Origin: Verrucomicrobiota bacterium
GTDB taxonomy: Bacteria > Verrucomicrobiota > Verrucomicrobiia > Limisphaerales > AAA164-E04
Direction of reading: 5' to 3'
NCBI GenBank assembly: GCA_047947115.1
Contig: CP170459.1
Span: 1,184,001 to 1,248,000 of the forward strand
Length of the DNA stretch: 64,000 nucleotides
Part shown: positions 10,192-20,441 of the stretch, piece after piece
Layout of the letters: each line of letters begins with the position of its first letter
Position numbering within the stretch: position 1 is the stretch's first letter
Position numbers and translations under genes: made by a program
Notes under the pieces: generated by a model
The model's input: only the letters and a program-made list of their open reading frames with translations
The model's database searches: none
What the model was told of the DNA's origin: nothing

Positions 10192-11364
10192 ATGAAATTG
10201 CAACACGGGCTGCATCTTGCATACTGCACGAATATCCACAGGGGGGAATCCTGGGAAAAAACCTTTCAAAACCTAAAGACTCACACCATGGCAGTCCGTC
10301 GCAAGGTGGCTCCCGATCAACCTTATGCCATCGGATTGCGACTCGGCGAAGAGGCTGCTCGTGATCTGAGCCAACCTGCCAACCTGAACGGTTTCAAGGC
10401 CTGGTTGGAACAAAACGACTGTTACGTATTTACCATCAATGGATTTCCTTACGGCAAATTCCATGGTACACGCGTCAAGGAAGACGTGTATCGTCCTGAC
10501 TGGACCACTCCCGAACGCCTGGCATACACCAATCTGCTATTCGACATTTTGGTCGAACTGCTACCCGAAGGCGTGGAAGGCAGCGTCAGTACGGTGCCGG
10601 TTTCCTACAAAGAATTCATCACCAGTGATCGCCAAGTCAAGGAAGCCCGTAAGAACATCTGGAAGTGCATCGAACACCTCGAACACCTCACTGCCCGTAC
10701 CGGCAAAAAACTGCACCTGGGACTCGAGCCCGAACCCATGTGCTATTTGGAAACATCCACCGAAGCTACGAAGTTCTTCGAACAAATGCGCCATGACCGC
10801 AAAGGAGATCTGCGCATCGATGAACACTTGGGCATCAATTACGACTGTTGTCATCTGGCGATCCAGTATGAAAATCCCAATGAAGCGCTTGGACGATTGG
10901 TCAGCCACAAAATCAAAATCAGCAAAATCCACCTCAGCTCGGCGCTCAAGGTCAATCCGACCATGGAAGTGCGGAAAGCCTTGCAAAGCTTTACCGACGA
11001 AGTCTATTTCCATCAAGTCATCGAGCGCCGTGTCGGAGGTGAGTTGGTTCGATACCGCGACCTGCCTGATGCTCTGGCAACGGAACCGATCCACGCGCCA
11101 CACCTGCCTGAAGAATGGCGCATCCATTTCCACATACCATTGCATCACCTGCCTGTCGGACTCTACGACAGCACCGTGGATCACCTGATCGGCACCCTCG
11201 ATTTCCTAAAATCCCATCCGGGGATCTGTTCCCACCTGGAGATGGAAACCTACACCTGGGAAGTCATGCCTGACTCCATGAAACAACGCAATGTGGTGGA
11301 CCAATTGGTAGACGAGTACCATTGGACACTGGAACAACTGTCAAGGCACGGCTTGATGGATTAA
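10192..11364 (+). CDS. eboE: Metabolite traffic protein EboE (xylose isomerase-like TIM barrel)
   Basis: LAYCTNIH, FTINGFPYGKFHG..VKEDVY.PDW, LEPEP, WRIHFHIP and LEMETYTWEV motifs. Confidence 0.9.
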   Translation: MKLQHGLHLAYCTNIHRGESWEKTFQNLKTHTMAVRRKVAPDQPYAIGLRLGEEAARDLSQPANLNGFKAWLEQNDCYVFTINGFPYGKFHGTRVKEDVYRPDWTTPERLAYTNLLFDILVELLPEGVEGSVSTVPVSYKEFITSDRQVKEARKNIWKCIEHLEHLTARTGKKLHLGLEPEPMCYLETSTEATKFFEQMRHDRKGDLRIDEHLGINYDCCHLAIQYENPNEALGRLVSHKIKISKIHLSSALKVNPTMEVRKALQSFTDEVYFHQVIERRVGGELVRYRDLPDALATEPIHAPHLPEEWRIHFHIPLHHLPVGLYDSTVDHLIGTLDFLKSHPGICSHLEMETYTWEVMPDSMKQRNVVDQLVDEYHWTLEQLSRHGLMD

Positions 11365-11369
11365 GGAGC

Positions 11370-11615
11370 GTCCAATCAAAAAGGTCATAGAACCAATCTG
11401 CCTTCAGTCGCAGCCACAATCGTTCTATAGGATTGAAATCCGGAGAAAAGGCAGGCAGATACAGGTTCGAAATGATGCCAACTCAGAGATTCGGACTCGT
11501 ACCAAGAAGCGTTGTCCATAATCAGCAGTTGGCTCTGGCCAATCTTTTTTGGTATGGCCTTGGCCATTTGATCCAAATAAAATTGGAATACGCAAATTGC
11601 AATTTCTTTTGGCAA
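11370..11615 (-). pseudogene. IS630-family transposase C-terminal remnant (frameshifted)
   Basis: VFQFYLD...LIMDNASW, then after a frameshift YLPAFSPDFNPIERLWLRLKADWF (IS630 DDE signature). Confidence 0.85.
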
Positions 11616-11804
11616 TCACTTTAACCTGGTTAGAATTGACTGCCGGTTTACTCATGAGCCCACACCTTTCAAAACTGCTGACTCCATCTGGACTGCGGTG
11701 GCGCGACTCCGCTCTGGATACCATCCGGAAAGGTCACAGCTTTCTCCTGACAGTTCACATTCGCCACCCCCAAAAAGCTCACCGCAATCAAGTCCTTCAC
11801 CAAA

Positions 11805-14171
11805 TTACCTCACCACCCTAAAGAACACCTGCTCAGCATTGGAATCGATCGCCTGCTCATAAGTTGATTCCGCATTGTCAACCGGAATCCAGGGACCGGT
11901 GATGGAAGTGGCACGCTCCAGTTTACCAATGAAATGGATGCTGATGTTTTGATCCACACGCTCGAGTTCAATGAAAGGATCAAAGAAATCCACAACCGGC
12001 AGTTGGTAAACTTTGACGTTATCAAACAATCCGAAGCTCATGAACTCATTATCCGAGACGGAAGAAAACCAGTCACTGTAACCTAGAAAAATATTTCCGC
12101 TGTCATTGAATGGAGCGGTGTCCTGGGTGGCAACGGCGATGTCGGTTCCATTCATGCTCCAGGTGACTTTATCGCCAATCTTGAGCAGTTGCACCCGCAC
12201 CCATTCAAAGGCGACTTGTCCTGCCGAGGTTTCACCTGCCTGGTTGGCAAACTCCGTTACCTGAGATTCAGGAGCTGTTTTTCCCGCCGGGAAGATGGAC
12301 CCATAATAGTCATTGGTGCTGTCTTGTGTGCCTGCCGGATACACGCCCGAGTCTTCCGTCAAAAACACATTGTTCAGAAAGAAACGGAAATCACGGGAGG
12401 AACCGCCTTCTCCAGTGACAATGAACCATGCACCGTCAGATTGATCGTCACCTACCTGCACATGATCACCCGATGTCCCGATACCCGCAGCGGCAAATTC
12501 GGTCGAACCGCCACCTCCACCTGGAAGTGGGCCGTTGACATTCATCCAGAGATCAAACACCAGTGCATAATCCCCCGCAAAACTTTGGCCGTTTGGGCTC
12601 GCCATGATGTGCGCCGCAGCAACTTCGATTTCGTTCGCTGTGAATTTCAGACCTTTGGTTGAACCGTCCCCGGAGCCGGGAGCTGACGGGATACCATCCA
12701 CCGAGTAGTCATAGGCAAAACTGACGGTGGTGTCGCTTGAACTTTGGTTAACGGTCCAGTTCGATGAAGTATCGGTATTGAAATCGTCACTGAAAGTAAC
12801 AATCGCATCGGCGAGCACATCCGGTTCCGGGATACCTTTGTCTCCGTTGTCGAGCAATGGAACAAAAGCGTACTTGCCTGAGCTGGTATTATAAAGATGA
12901 CTGGGGTTCAGAACCAGTTCGATCACTTCATCAAGTTCTTCCTCTGCATCGTCTATGATGGTCAGAACGATTTCTGCTTCGCTGGAACCGGCGGGGAACG
13001 TCACTTCCAAAGAGGACGGTGCTTCAAAATCACTTCCGGTTGTGGCGGAACCTTCCAAACGGTAGGACACCGTCAATGGCGAAGAAGTTGAACCTGATCG
13101 CGTCAACTTGAATGCGATGGAAGCATCTCCTTCGCTAACCGGAGCAGGTTTGAAAACGTCGAGTTCAAGTGTCTCGTCCCGGACTATTTCTCCAGGAACC
13201 GATATATTGACAACTGGCGGTGTGTTGTTGGCGTTCAGTTGCACGACCCGCAAATTGTCGAAGATGACAAAATTTTCTTCTCCCGGATTGGCGATGGACG
13301 AGAATGGATCGGTATAACCAATCATGACATTTTTGCCGGCGAAAAGGGACTTGTCGTCGTTGATGATTGCAATGATCTGACCGTTCATGATCCATGTTAC
13401 TGTGTCCCCTTGGCGGCGTACCTCCACCGGCACCCAGCCTTTACCCGGTGCGCCTTTGGTTTCATGAGGCGGGAAGGGAAACACACGTTCCATGGGACCA
13501 CCGGTAAAAGCATTATACTCACCGATGCCGTCCCCGTCCATGTCGGTGAATCCGTGGCGATCTGTTTGTTCATCGAGGAATTCAGGCTCTCCAAATCCAT
13601 CACCCGCATAGGCTCTGAAATCTCGTGAAGCCCCGCCTTCACCGGAAACCGCGAAGAACGTTCCGTCACCATCCAGAGCTTCATTTCCACTTAAATACGC
13701 CACCCAATTTCCCGATTGCCCAACTCCCATGGTGGCCAGTTCTGTGGTGCCCGAGCCGCCCGTACCATAAGATGAGCCGTTATAGCTCATGAACATTTCA
13801 AATCGCAGAGCGTGATCTCCATCAATGGAAAGGTTTGCCGGGAACAAGCTCACTGCAGCAGCACCGGCATCATCGTCCGAATTGACTGATAACCTGAGCC
13901 CAAGGGTGGTGTCGCCATCATCAAACGGATTCTTTGGCACCGGCAACCGGTCGACCACTGCGCCCCTTGTGACTGTGAACTCATCCGTCGTGTAATCATG
14001 TGCGAAAATAACGGTGGCATCCGGAATTTCATTGATGCTCTCATCGATGACAATCCAATCGGCGGACGTATCCGTATCGAAGTTGTCAGAGAATATTTCC
14101 TGGCCGCGGGTAGCCGGGCCTATTACCTGACCCATGAGGATTGTCAATAGGAGTGCGAATCGTGTTTTCAT
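11805..14171 (-). CDS. Secreted protein with two paralogous beta-sandwich/lectin-like domains flanking a Calx-beta domain, plus a C-terminal sorting-like domain
   Basis: Signal peptide; repeated FSD.F.TDTS..W and GEGG.SRDFR blocks; Calx-beta motif (LTVSYRLEGSATTGSDF...TIIDDAEEELDE). Confidence 0.8.
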   Translation of the reverse strand: MKTRFALLLTILMGQVIGPATRGQEIFSDNFDTDTSADWIVIDESINEIPDATVIFAHDYTTDEFTVTRGAVVDRLPVPKNPFDDGDTTLGLRLSVNSDDDAGAAAVSLFPANLSIDGDHALRFEMFMSYNGSSYGTGGSGTTELATMGVGQSGNWVAYLSGNEALDGDGTFFAVSGEGGASRDFRAYAGDGFGEPEFLDEQTDRHGFTDMDGDGIGEYNAFTGGPMERVFPFPPHETKGAPGKGWVPVEVRRQGDTVTWIMNGQIIAIINDDKSLFAGKNVMIGYTDPFSSIANPGEENFVIFDNLRVVQLNANNTPPVVNISVPGEIVRDETLELDVFKPAPVSEGDASIAFKLTRSGSTSSPLTVSYRLEGSATTGSDFEAPSSLEVTFPAGSSEAEIVLTIIDDAEEELDEVIELVLNPSHLYNTSSGKYAFVPLLDNGDKGIPEPDVLADAIVTFSDDFNTDTSSNWTVNQSSSDTTVSFAYDYSVDGIPSAPGSGDGSTKGLKFTANEIEVAAAHIMASPNGQSFAGDYALVFDLWMNVNGPLPGGGGGSTEFAAAGIGTSGDHVQVGDDQSDGAWFIVTGEGGSSRDFRFFLNNVFLTEDSGVYPAGTQDSTNDYYGSIFPAGKTAPESQVTEFANQAGETSAGQVAFEWVRVQLLKIGDKVTWSMNGTDIAVATQDTAPFNDSGNIFLGYSDWFSSVSDNEFMSFGLFDNVKVYQLPVVDFFDPFIELERVDQNISIHFIGKLERATSITGPWIPVDNAESTYEQAIDSNAEQVFFRVVR

Positions 14172-14736
14172 GAGTTTTACAATAATCAATATTTAATGTG
14201 GTCAAAGATTAATTCTGAAGTTCGAATGTGACGAGTCCTTTTATCCCTTAAGGTTATCGGAACTTGTGACGGAGGCTGTCAATCCGATCTTGCTCAAACG
14301 GAATGATCCCGACGATTTGCCGGTGCGAACAGCTCTTGTTTCACTCATGATTCTCGGGATCGCACATGACGTAACCAGGGACTCTATTTCTGAGCTCGTG
14401 AGGGACGCTGCCAAACTTGTCATGGTTTATTATCCAACTCGATCAATCCTTGACGTGGAAAACAAACATCGTCCTTAACCAAGAGACGTGGAACAAGAAA
14501 AACCCCGGTGAAAAAATATGACCGCACTGCCAATGCGTTCTCTGCATGCCGTTAAACATGCCTGAATCACGGCACTGAAAGTTTGTTCAACTTAATCATC
14601 GGTTCTCAATATTTGGAAATAAACTGTTCCAGCGCTGGTGATGTCTTCGTATTGGATCAAGCAGCAAGGAAGGACCCGTTTGGCTTGGGATCGGGTGAGA
14701 GGCGTAGATGGTTGTTTTCAAAGTTCAAAATCAACC

Positions 14737-16182
14737 TCATGCCAAAATATCCCGGACAACCGTTCCGTGGATGTCGGTGAGTCGGAAGCGGCGACCCTGG
14801 AATTTGAAGGTGAAGCGTTCGTGGTCGATGCCCATGACATGCATCAGTGTGGCTTGAAAGTCATGGATGTGGACCGGGTTATGGATGATGTTGTAACTGA
14901 AATCATCCGTCTGTCCATAGTTGATGCCCGGTTTGATGCCGCCTCCTGCCATCCAGATGGAAAAGCATTTGGGGTGATGATCGCGTCCGTAATTGGTTTG
15001 GGTCAGCTCGCCTTGTGAATAGTTGGTACGCCCGAATTCGCCTCCCCAGACCACCAGTGTTTCGTCCAGCAATCCACGTTGCTTGAGATCCGTTATCAGG
15101 GCGGCGGAGGCTTGGTCGGTGTCTTTGCATTGACGTTCAATGCCAGCCGGCAGGTCGTCGTGCTGATCCCACCCTCGGTGGTAGAGCTGAATAAACTTCA
15201 CCCCTTTCTCTGCCATGCGCCGCGCTAACAGACAGTTGGCTGCAAAGCTGCCGGAATCGCGGGATGCCGGGCCGTAAAGATCAAAGATGTGATCCGGTTC
15301 GTCCGAGGTGTCGGTGATGTCCGGAACCGATGTCTGCATGCGAAAGGCCATTTCGTATTGAGCGATGCGGGTTTGGATTTCCGGATCGTTGAACTGTTGT
15401 GCCTGACCTTCCTGCAGGCGACGGAGGATGTCCAGTTGTGCCTTGCGATCTTGGAAACCCACTCCTGGAGGGTTGTTGAGATAAAGAACAGGGTCTTTAC
15501 CAGATCGGAACTGCACCCCTTGATGTTGTGAGGGAAGAAATCCGTTGCCCCACAGACGTGCGTAGAGCGGCTGACCATAACGTTCCTTGGTGATCAGGAC
15601 GATGAAGGCGGGCAGGTTTTCATTGTCACTGCCCAATCCGTAATCGATCCACGAACCAATCGCCGGACGCCCCGGGAATTGGGATCCGGTCTGGATTAAA
15701 GTGGCGGCGGGATCGTGATTGATTGCGTCAGTGTGCATTGAGTTGATGACGCAGATGTCATCTGCAATCTTGGCCGTGTGCGGGAGCAGACTGCTAAACC
15801 AAGTGCCGGACTGTCCATGTCGTGAGAAAGGGAATTTGGAACCGGCCATGGGAAAGGAACTTTGACCGGCGGTCATCCCGGTCAGGCGTTGACCTTGTCG
15901 CACGGAATCGGGAAGTTCCTGGCCGTGCCGTTGGTGTAGAACGGGTTTGTGGTCGAAGGTTTCGATTTGGGAAGGTGCACCACTTTGAAACAGGTAAATC
16001 ACGCGCTTGGCCTTGGGCGCAAAGTGCGGCAGATCGGGCAAACCTGAAGGGGATGTTTGTGCTGCCCAGCTACTTTGCCTGAGCAGGGAAACCAGGCCCA
16101 GTGAACCCAGCCCACTGGCTGATTCGGTCAGGAAAGCCCGACGACTCTGTTGAATCCATTCGTTGTTATTTCCGGTTGTCAT
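14737..16182 (-). CDS. DUF1501 family (sulfatase-like) protein
   Basis: SRRAFL Tat-like motif, [38 protein letters not shown]. Confidence 0.92.
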   Translation of the reverse strand: MTTGNNNEWIQQSRRAFLTESASGLGSLGLVSLLRQSSWAAQTSPSGLPDLPHFAPKAKRVIYLFQSGAPSQIETFDHKPVLHQRHGQELPDSVRQGQRLTGMTAGQSSFPMAGSKFPFSRHGQSGTWFSSLLPHTAKIADDICVINSMHTDAINHDPAATLIQTGSQFPGRPAIGSWIDYGLGSDNENLPAFIVLITKERYGQPLYARLWGNGFLPSQHQGVQFRSGKDPVLYLNNPPGVGFQDRKAQLDILRRLQEGQAQQFNDPEIQTRIAQYEMAFRMQTSVPDITDTSDEPDHIFDLYGPASRDSGSFAANCLLARRMAEKGVKFIQLYHRGWDQHDDLPAGIERQCKDTDQASAALITDLKQRGLLDETLVVWGGEFGRTNYSQGELTQTNYGRDHHPKCFSIWMAGGGIKPGINYGQTDDFSYNIIHNPVHIHDFQATLMHVMGIDHERFTFKFQGRRFRLTDIHGTVVRDILA

Positions 16183-16239
16183 AGGGGGTGGCTCAAATTT
16201 AAAGGAAACCCGTCAAGCATTCATGAACGCTTTAGCGCC

Positions 16240-16393
16240 GGTAGGGATGCGCTGCTGCGCGTCCGCCAACGTGTTCGAATCTTTCAACACTTTCATATTG
16301 TTCCTGCGTTTTGGTTATAACACGCATCCATCTGATATTGAAAAATGGTAAAGTTCTTTCACGCTCATGGACCTGCGGCAGCAGGTCCCTACC
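16240..16393. repeat. REP doublet (REPIN-like), GGTAGGG family
   Basis: Two inward-facing REP arms; the left 27 bp is identical to the reverse complement of 58231-58257. Confidence 0.8.
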
Positions 16394-16435
16394 AGGTCCT
16401 CTGTGTAATGCGTTTCTCATTTTATGTCTCAAATC

Positions 16436-19400
16436 TTACCGTTTCATATAAGCTTCATCGAAGTTCATGATGGTGCTCATCACCTGAGTCAGGGCGGCGG
16501 TTTGTGCTTTGTTCAACGTCGGGTCCAGTGGATATTCTCCGACGCTCAAAAAGGATTCTGTGGATTCAGGATCCTTGGTGTATTTCTTCAAAGCCAATTC
16601 ATACAGAGAAGTCAGGAGTTCTGTTTCGCTTCCGTCCGGATGCCTTCCACAAAGTAATCGGAATCCCTGACGCAGCCAATCTACGAGACCGTTGCTTGTT
16701 TCCTTCTGCAAACGCTGAGCCAACACACGAGCTGATTCCAGAAACTCGGGATCATTGAGCAGGACCAGGGACTGCAGGGGTGTGTTTGTTTTCTCCCGCT
16801 TTACGGTGCAGACTGATCGGTTGGGTGCGTCGAATGCGATCATGGCAGGGTGGGGCGTTGTTCTGCGCACATAGGTATACATGCTCCTTCGATATAGATT
16901 GGCACCTTTATCAGGCTTATAAGCGCTGCCCGGGCCTGTTTTTTCCACCCATAATCCCGCGGGTTGGTATGGTTTGACGCTGGGGCCACCGACCTTGTGC
17001 GTTAAAAGTCCGCTGGCGGCGAGCGCGTTGTCACGGATCATTTCTGCGGGAAGTCGATGGTAGGGGCCGCGCGCCAGATAGATGTTCGCGGTGTCGGTTT
17101 CCACATGCTCAGGTGTGCTGACAGTGGATTGCCGATAGGTCGCCGAAGTGACCATGGTTCGGATCAACCAACGGACATCCCATCCTGATTCAATGAAAGA
17201 TACCGCCAACCAATCCAACAATTCGGGATGCGTCGGTGGTGCGCCTTGTGTACCGAAGTCTTGAGGTGTGTCCACGATGCCTCGCCCAAAGAGCATCTGC
17301 CAATAACGATTCACCGTGACCCGTGCGGTGAGCGGGTGTTGCGGATCGGTCAACCACTGGGCCAGGTCCAAACGATTTGGCAATGCGTCAGTGTTCAATG
17401 AAAGAATTTGACTGGGTACGCCTGGTTGAACTTCCTCGGTTGGAGAGTCGTATTGACCGCGATTGAGCACATAGGTCTTTCGGATCCTTTCCATTTCACC
17501 CAGGACCATGATCTCGGGCACGTCCTTGAGCAGTTCCAATTTGCGTCCCACCATGGATTGGATTGAGTCACTTGCTTCGCGCATCGCGACGCTTTCGCGT
17601 TGCAGAAAATGATCAATGAAATAGGTCGGCGGTTTGTTTGATTCATCGGGGGTGCTTCCGGTGAGCGATGCATACAAAGCAGCGATCTCGCGTTCAGTTA
17701 CATATTGCTTGAACAAGGTGACGTGGTCGATGCTGCCCAGGAACACACCATTGTCTCCCGTGTAAAAACGACCACTGCGACCCACGATGACCGGCTTCTG
17801 TGGCCAGCCTTCTTGTTTCCCCCAGCCATGCACGATGCTGTGGTAGAGGTTGTCGTAGCCGATGGAACACGCAACATTTTCACCATTGATAAACAAGCGA
17901 ACCCCGTTTGCGTTACCTAACCCGTCGTAGGCAAACATCACATGATGCCATTCATTTTTTGGAAGAGTTGCCAGCGTGGTGACCTGTAAATAATTTTGCG
18001 GCCAATAACCGGTTAATCTCAAGGACAGTCGACTTTCCCCGTCCAGGAAGAAATCCCATCCTTTCCACGCACTGCCGAGTTCGCCGGAGATGCCCATGAT
18101 GGATTGGTTTTCTCCATCCTTCTCGGAACGTATCCAGGCACCTGCCGAGAAGGGTTCGTTCACTTCGAATGTTCCGTCTTCGCGGAGAAACACCAGATCA
18201 TATTCCTTGTCAAAACGTAGAGCATTTCCCATCGGACCGTCCACCAGCTCCGGCTCTCCTGAGGCAACGGATTTCGGATTGTCGTCCACCATCTTGTCGA
18301 TGGGCGTGTTGCGCACCACACGATGAATGGTGCCTTTGACCGGGATTTTTTCCGGTCGGATGGCATCAAACGGAAACTCGGCATCCGGTATGGGGACGTC
18401 GACCGGGATGGCTTTGGCTTTCTCAAGCATGGTTGCATCCGTCAACGCTTCCTTACGAATGGATTCAAGTTGCCCGCGTGCCTGTTCCAATTCGTTCAAC
18501 AACTTATCCACGTTATTTTTAACTCGAGGTTCCGGAAGCAGCAGCACCGGGCCAGACGATGTTCCACCTTCCGCGACCATGCCAAGTTCCCGCTGGTTAT
18601 TGAAGAAAGCAAACAGCTGATAATATTCCTTCTGTGAGATGGGATCGAACTTGTGTTCGTGGCAACTGGCACATTCCAAAGTCAAACCCAGGAAAGCCGT
18701 TCCAACCGTGTTGACCCGATCCTGAACATACTTGACCCGAAACTCCTCGTCGATGATTCCGCCCTCAGCTGAAACCGGATGATTTCGATTGAAAGCGGTC
18801 GCCAGGATCTGTTCACGCGTGGCGTCGGGCAGGAGATCGCCTGCCAATTGCCAGGTGATGAAATCATCATAAGGCATATTGTTGCGAAACGCATCAATCA
18901 CCCAATCCCGCCATGGCCAGTGGTATCGTTGTGTATCTCCGTGCATTCCCTGAGTATCGGCGTAACGTGCGACATCCAGCCATTCCATGGCCATGCGTTC
19001 GGCGTGTGTTTCGGAGTTCAACAAACGATCCACCTCCCGTTCATATGCCATGGGTGAATCGTCTGCAAGGAAAGCGTCGAGTTCCTCCGGACTGGGTGGT
19101 AAACCGGTCAGATCGAAACTTAATCGACGCAGTAAATATGTCTTTGACGCCTCTGGAGAAGGACGTAAACCATGCTCACTCAGCTGGCTTAAAATAAAAG
19201 CATCGACGGGATGTGCCACGGTTTGTCCGTCACTCAATATGGCATTGGCTTGCTTGAATGGAACCGAAGGTTTGACCGGAGGAATGAATGCCCAGTGCTC
19301 GTTCCACTGCGCCCCACCTTCGAGCCAACGCCGAATTCTCTCCTTTTCCAGTGGCGACAAGGTCAACTTGGAATCCGGAGGAGGCATCAGATCATCCGCA

Positions 19401-19690
19401 TCCTCAGTCACCATCCGCAACCATGCGACGCTACGCTCCAGGTCCCCCGGAACAAAAGCAAATCCGTCTGTCTCTTCCAACGTTCCGAAAGCTCCGTCCT
19501 TCCGATCCAGACGCAACCCCGCCTTGCGAGCTGCTGCGTCCGGTCCATGACACGGAAAGCAACGATCGGAAAGAATGGGAAGAATGTGGGTATTGTAATC
19601 AACGGGTCCCTCCGCCTGCGCGATGGTTAATACGGTCAACCAAACCGCTGCCACTCCAGTCCTAAGGCCCATTGTTCTGCAAAACTTCAT
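16436..19690 (-). CDS. Planctomycete cytochrome c / DUF1549 / LamG / DUF1553 protein
   Basis: CFPCH and CASCH heme motifs, HWAF, WLDVARYADT, LamG-like insert, HPLTARVTVNRYWQ, NTPLQSLVLLN. Confidence 0.92.
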   Translation of the reverse strand: MKFCRTMGLRTGVAAVWLTVLTIAQAEGPVDYNTHILPILSDRCFPCHGPDAAARKAGLRLDRKDGAFGTLEETDGFAFVPGDLERSVAWLRMVTEDADDLMPPPDSKLTLSPLEKERIRRWLEGGAQWNEHWAFIPPVKPSVPFKQANAILSDGQTVAHPVDAFILSQLSEHGLRPSPEASKTYLLRRLSFDLTGLPPSPEELDAFLADDSPMAYEREVDRLLNSETHAERMAMEWLDVARYADTQGMHGDTQRYHWPWRDWVIDAFRNNMPYDDFITWQLAGDLLPDATREQILATAFNRNHPVSAEGGIIDEEFRVKYVQDRVNTVGTAFLGLTLECASCHEHKFDPISQKEYYQLFAFFNNQRELGMVAEGGTSSGPVLLLPEPRVKNNVDKLLNELEQARGQLESIRKEALTDATMLEKAKAIPVDVPIPDAEFPFDAIRPEKIPVKGTIHRVVRNTPIDKMVDDNPKSVASGEPELVDGPMGNALRFDKEYDLVFLREDGTFEVNEPFSAGAWIRSEKDGENQSIMGISGELGSAWKGWDFFLDGESRLSLRLTGYWPQNYLQVTTLATLPKNEWHHVMFAYDGLGNANGVRLFINGENVACSIGYDNLYHSIVHGWGKQEGWPQKPVIVGRSGRFYTGDNGVFLGSIDHVTLFKQYVTEREIAALYASLTGSTPDESNKPPTYFIDHFLQRESVAMREASDSIQSMVGRKLELLKDVPEIMVLGEMERIRKTYVLNRGQYDSPTEEVQPGVPSQILSLNTDALPNRLDLAQWLTDPQHPLTARVTVNRYWQMLFGRGIVDTPQDFGTQGAPPTHPELLDWLAVSFIESGWDVRWLIRTMVTSATYRQSTVSTPEHVETDTANIYLARGPYHRLPAEMIRDNALAASGLLTHKVGGPSVKPYQPAGLWVEKTGPGSAYKPDKGANLYRRSMYTYVRRTTPHPAMIAFDAPNRSVCTVKREKTNTPLQSLVLLNDPEFLESARVLAQRLQKETSNGLVDWLRQGFRLLCGRHPDGSETELLTSLYELALKKYTKDPESTESFLSVGEYPLDPTLNKAQTAALTQVMSTIMNFDEAYMKR

Positions 19691-19794
19691 GATCGGGATT
19701 TTATGAGTCAAATTCTAACGCAAAACCTTGGGTCTGTCCATCAGGCGATTGACTTCGATCAACTCCAGGAAATGTTTGTTTAACCCATAAATTA

Positions 19795-20002
19795 TGGAAT
19801 GCGGTGACTTGGCACCGTTTTGGATCTGATCCGCATCCTCGGGAAATATGCTATATCACGGATGGTTACTTGTACCCTGATGCACTGCTCGGGCACATGG
19901 TGATGGTTTTGGTGTTTAGGGTGAGAGTGAGGTGCGGGAAGGAGGATGCGGCGACGTTCCCCTGACGTATCCAAAGTTCTGTCGATCCGGAGTATTCTAA
20001 AA
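19795..20002. repeat. Degenerate REP doublet, TTGGAGTGC family
   Basis: Both ends are similar to the ends of the 24238-24450 element. Confidence 0.6.
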
Positions 20003-20018
20003 AATGCTGTATTTTTTC

Positions 20019-20052
20019 TTGCATAGGTGTATTATGGGTCGTAATACACCTA
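20019..20052 (+). promoter_or_regulatory. Sigma70-like promoter overlapped by a GntR/YtrA operator
   Basis: TTGCAT-N17-TAATAC; perfect inverted repeat TAGGTGTATTA-N7-TAATACACCTA at 20024-20052. Confidence 0.8.
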
Positions 20053-20064
20053 GCACACAAAGCG

Positions 20065-20439
20065 ATGTTGCCTTTTGAGATCCAGTTGAAACATGGGACG
20101 CCTGTTTACGAGCAGGTGCTCTACGCGTCGAAGAAGGCGATAGTGTCCGGTCAGTTGAAGCCGGGGGAAGCTTTTCCTTCGGTGCGAGCGATCTCGAAGG
20201 AACTGAAGGTCAACCCAAACACCGTGCAGAAAGCGGTCACCATTTTGAAACAGGAGGGATTCCTGGAAGTCCAGCCCGGCATCGGAACCATCGTGGCCAA
20301 GTCGGCTCGATTGAATCCCGAGCAACGTGAAAGCCTGCTGGAAGGGGAACTCGAAGGGCTGGCGTTGAAGGCCAAGGAACTGTCTCTCTCGCTCGACGAA
20401 GTGATCAAGGCGCTCCGCAAACATTGGAAGGAATTGTAA
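20065..20439 (+). CDS. GntR-family regulator (YtrA subfamily)
   Basis: PVYEQV...PSVRAISKELKVNPNTVQKA winged HTH, short C-terminus, first gene of an ABC operon. Confidence 0.92.
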   Translation: MLPFEIQLKHGTPVYEQVLYASKKAIVSGQLKPGEAFPSVRAISKELKVNPNTVQKAVTILKQEGFLEVQPGIGTIVAKSARLNPEQRESLLEGELEGLALKAKELSLSLDEVIKALRKHWKEL

Positions 20440-20441
20440 TC

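Noticed and set aside
14190..14736. Riboswitch or small ORF in the 547-bp intergenic region
   Set aside because: No recognisable aptamer consensus; only a short GACGTGGAA direct repeat
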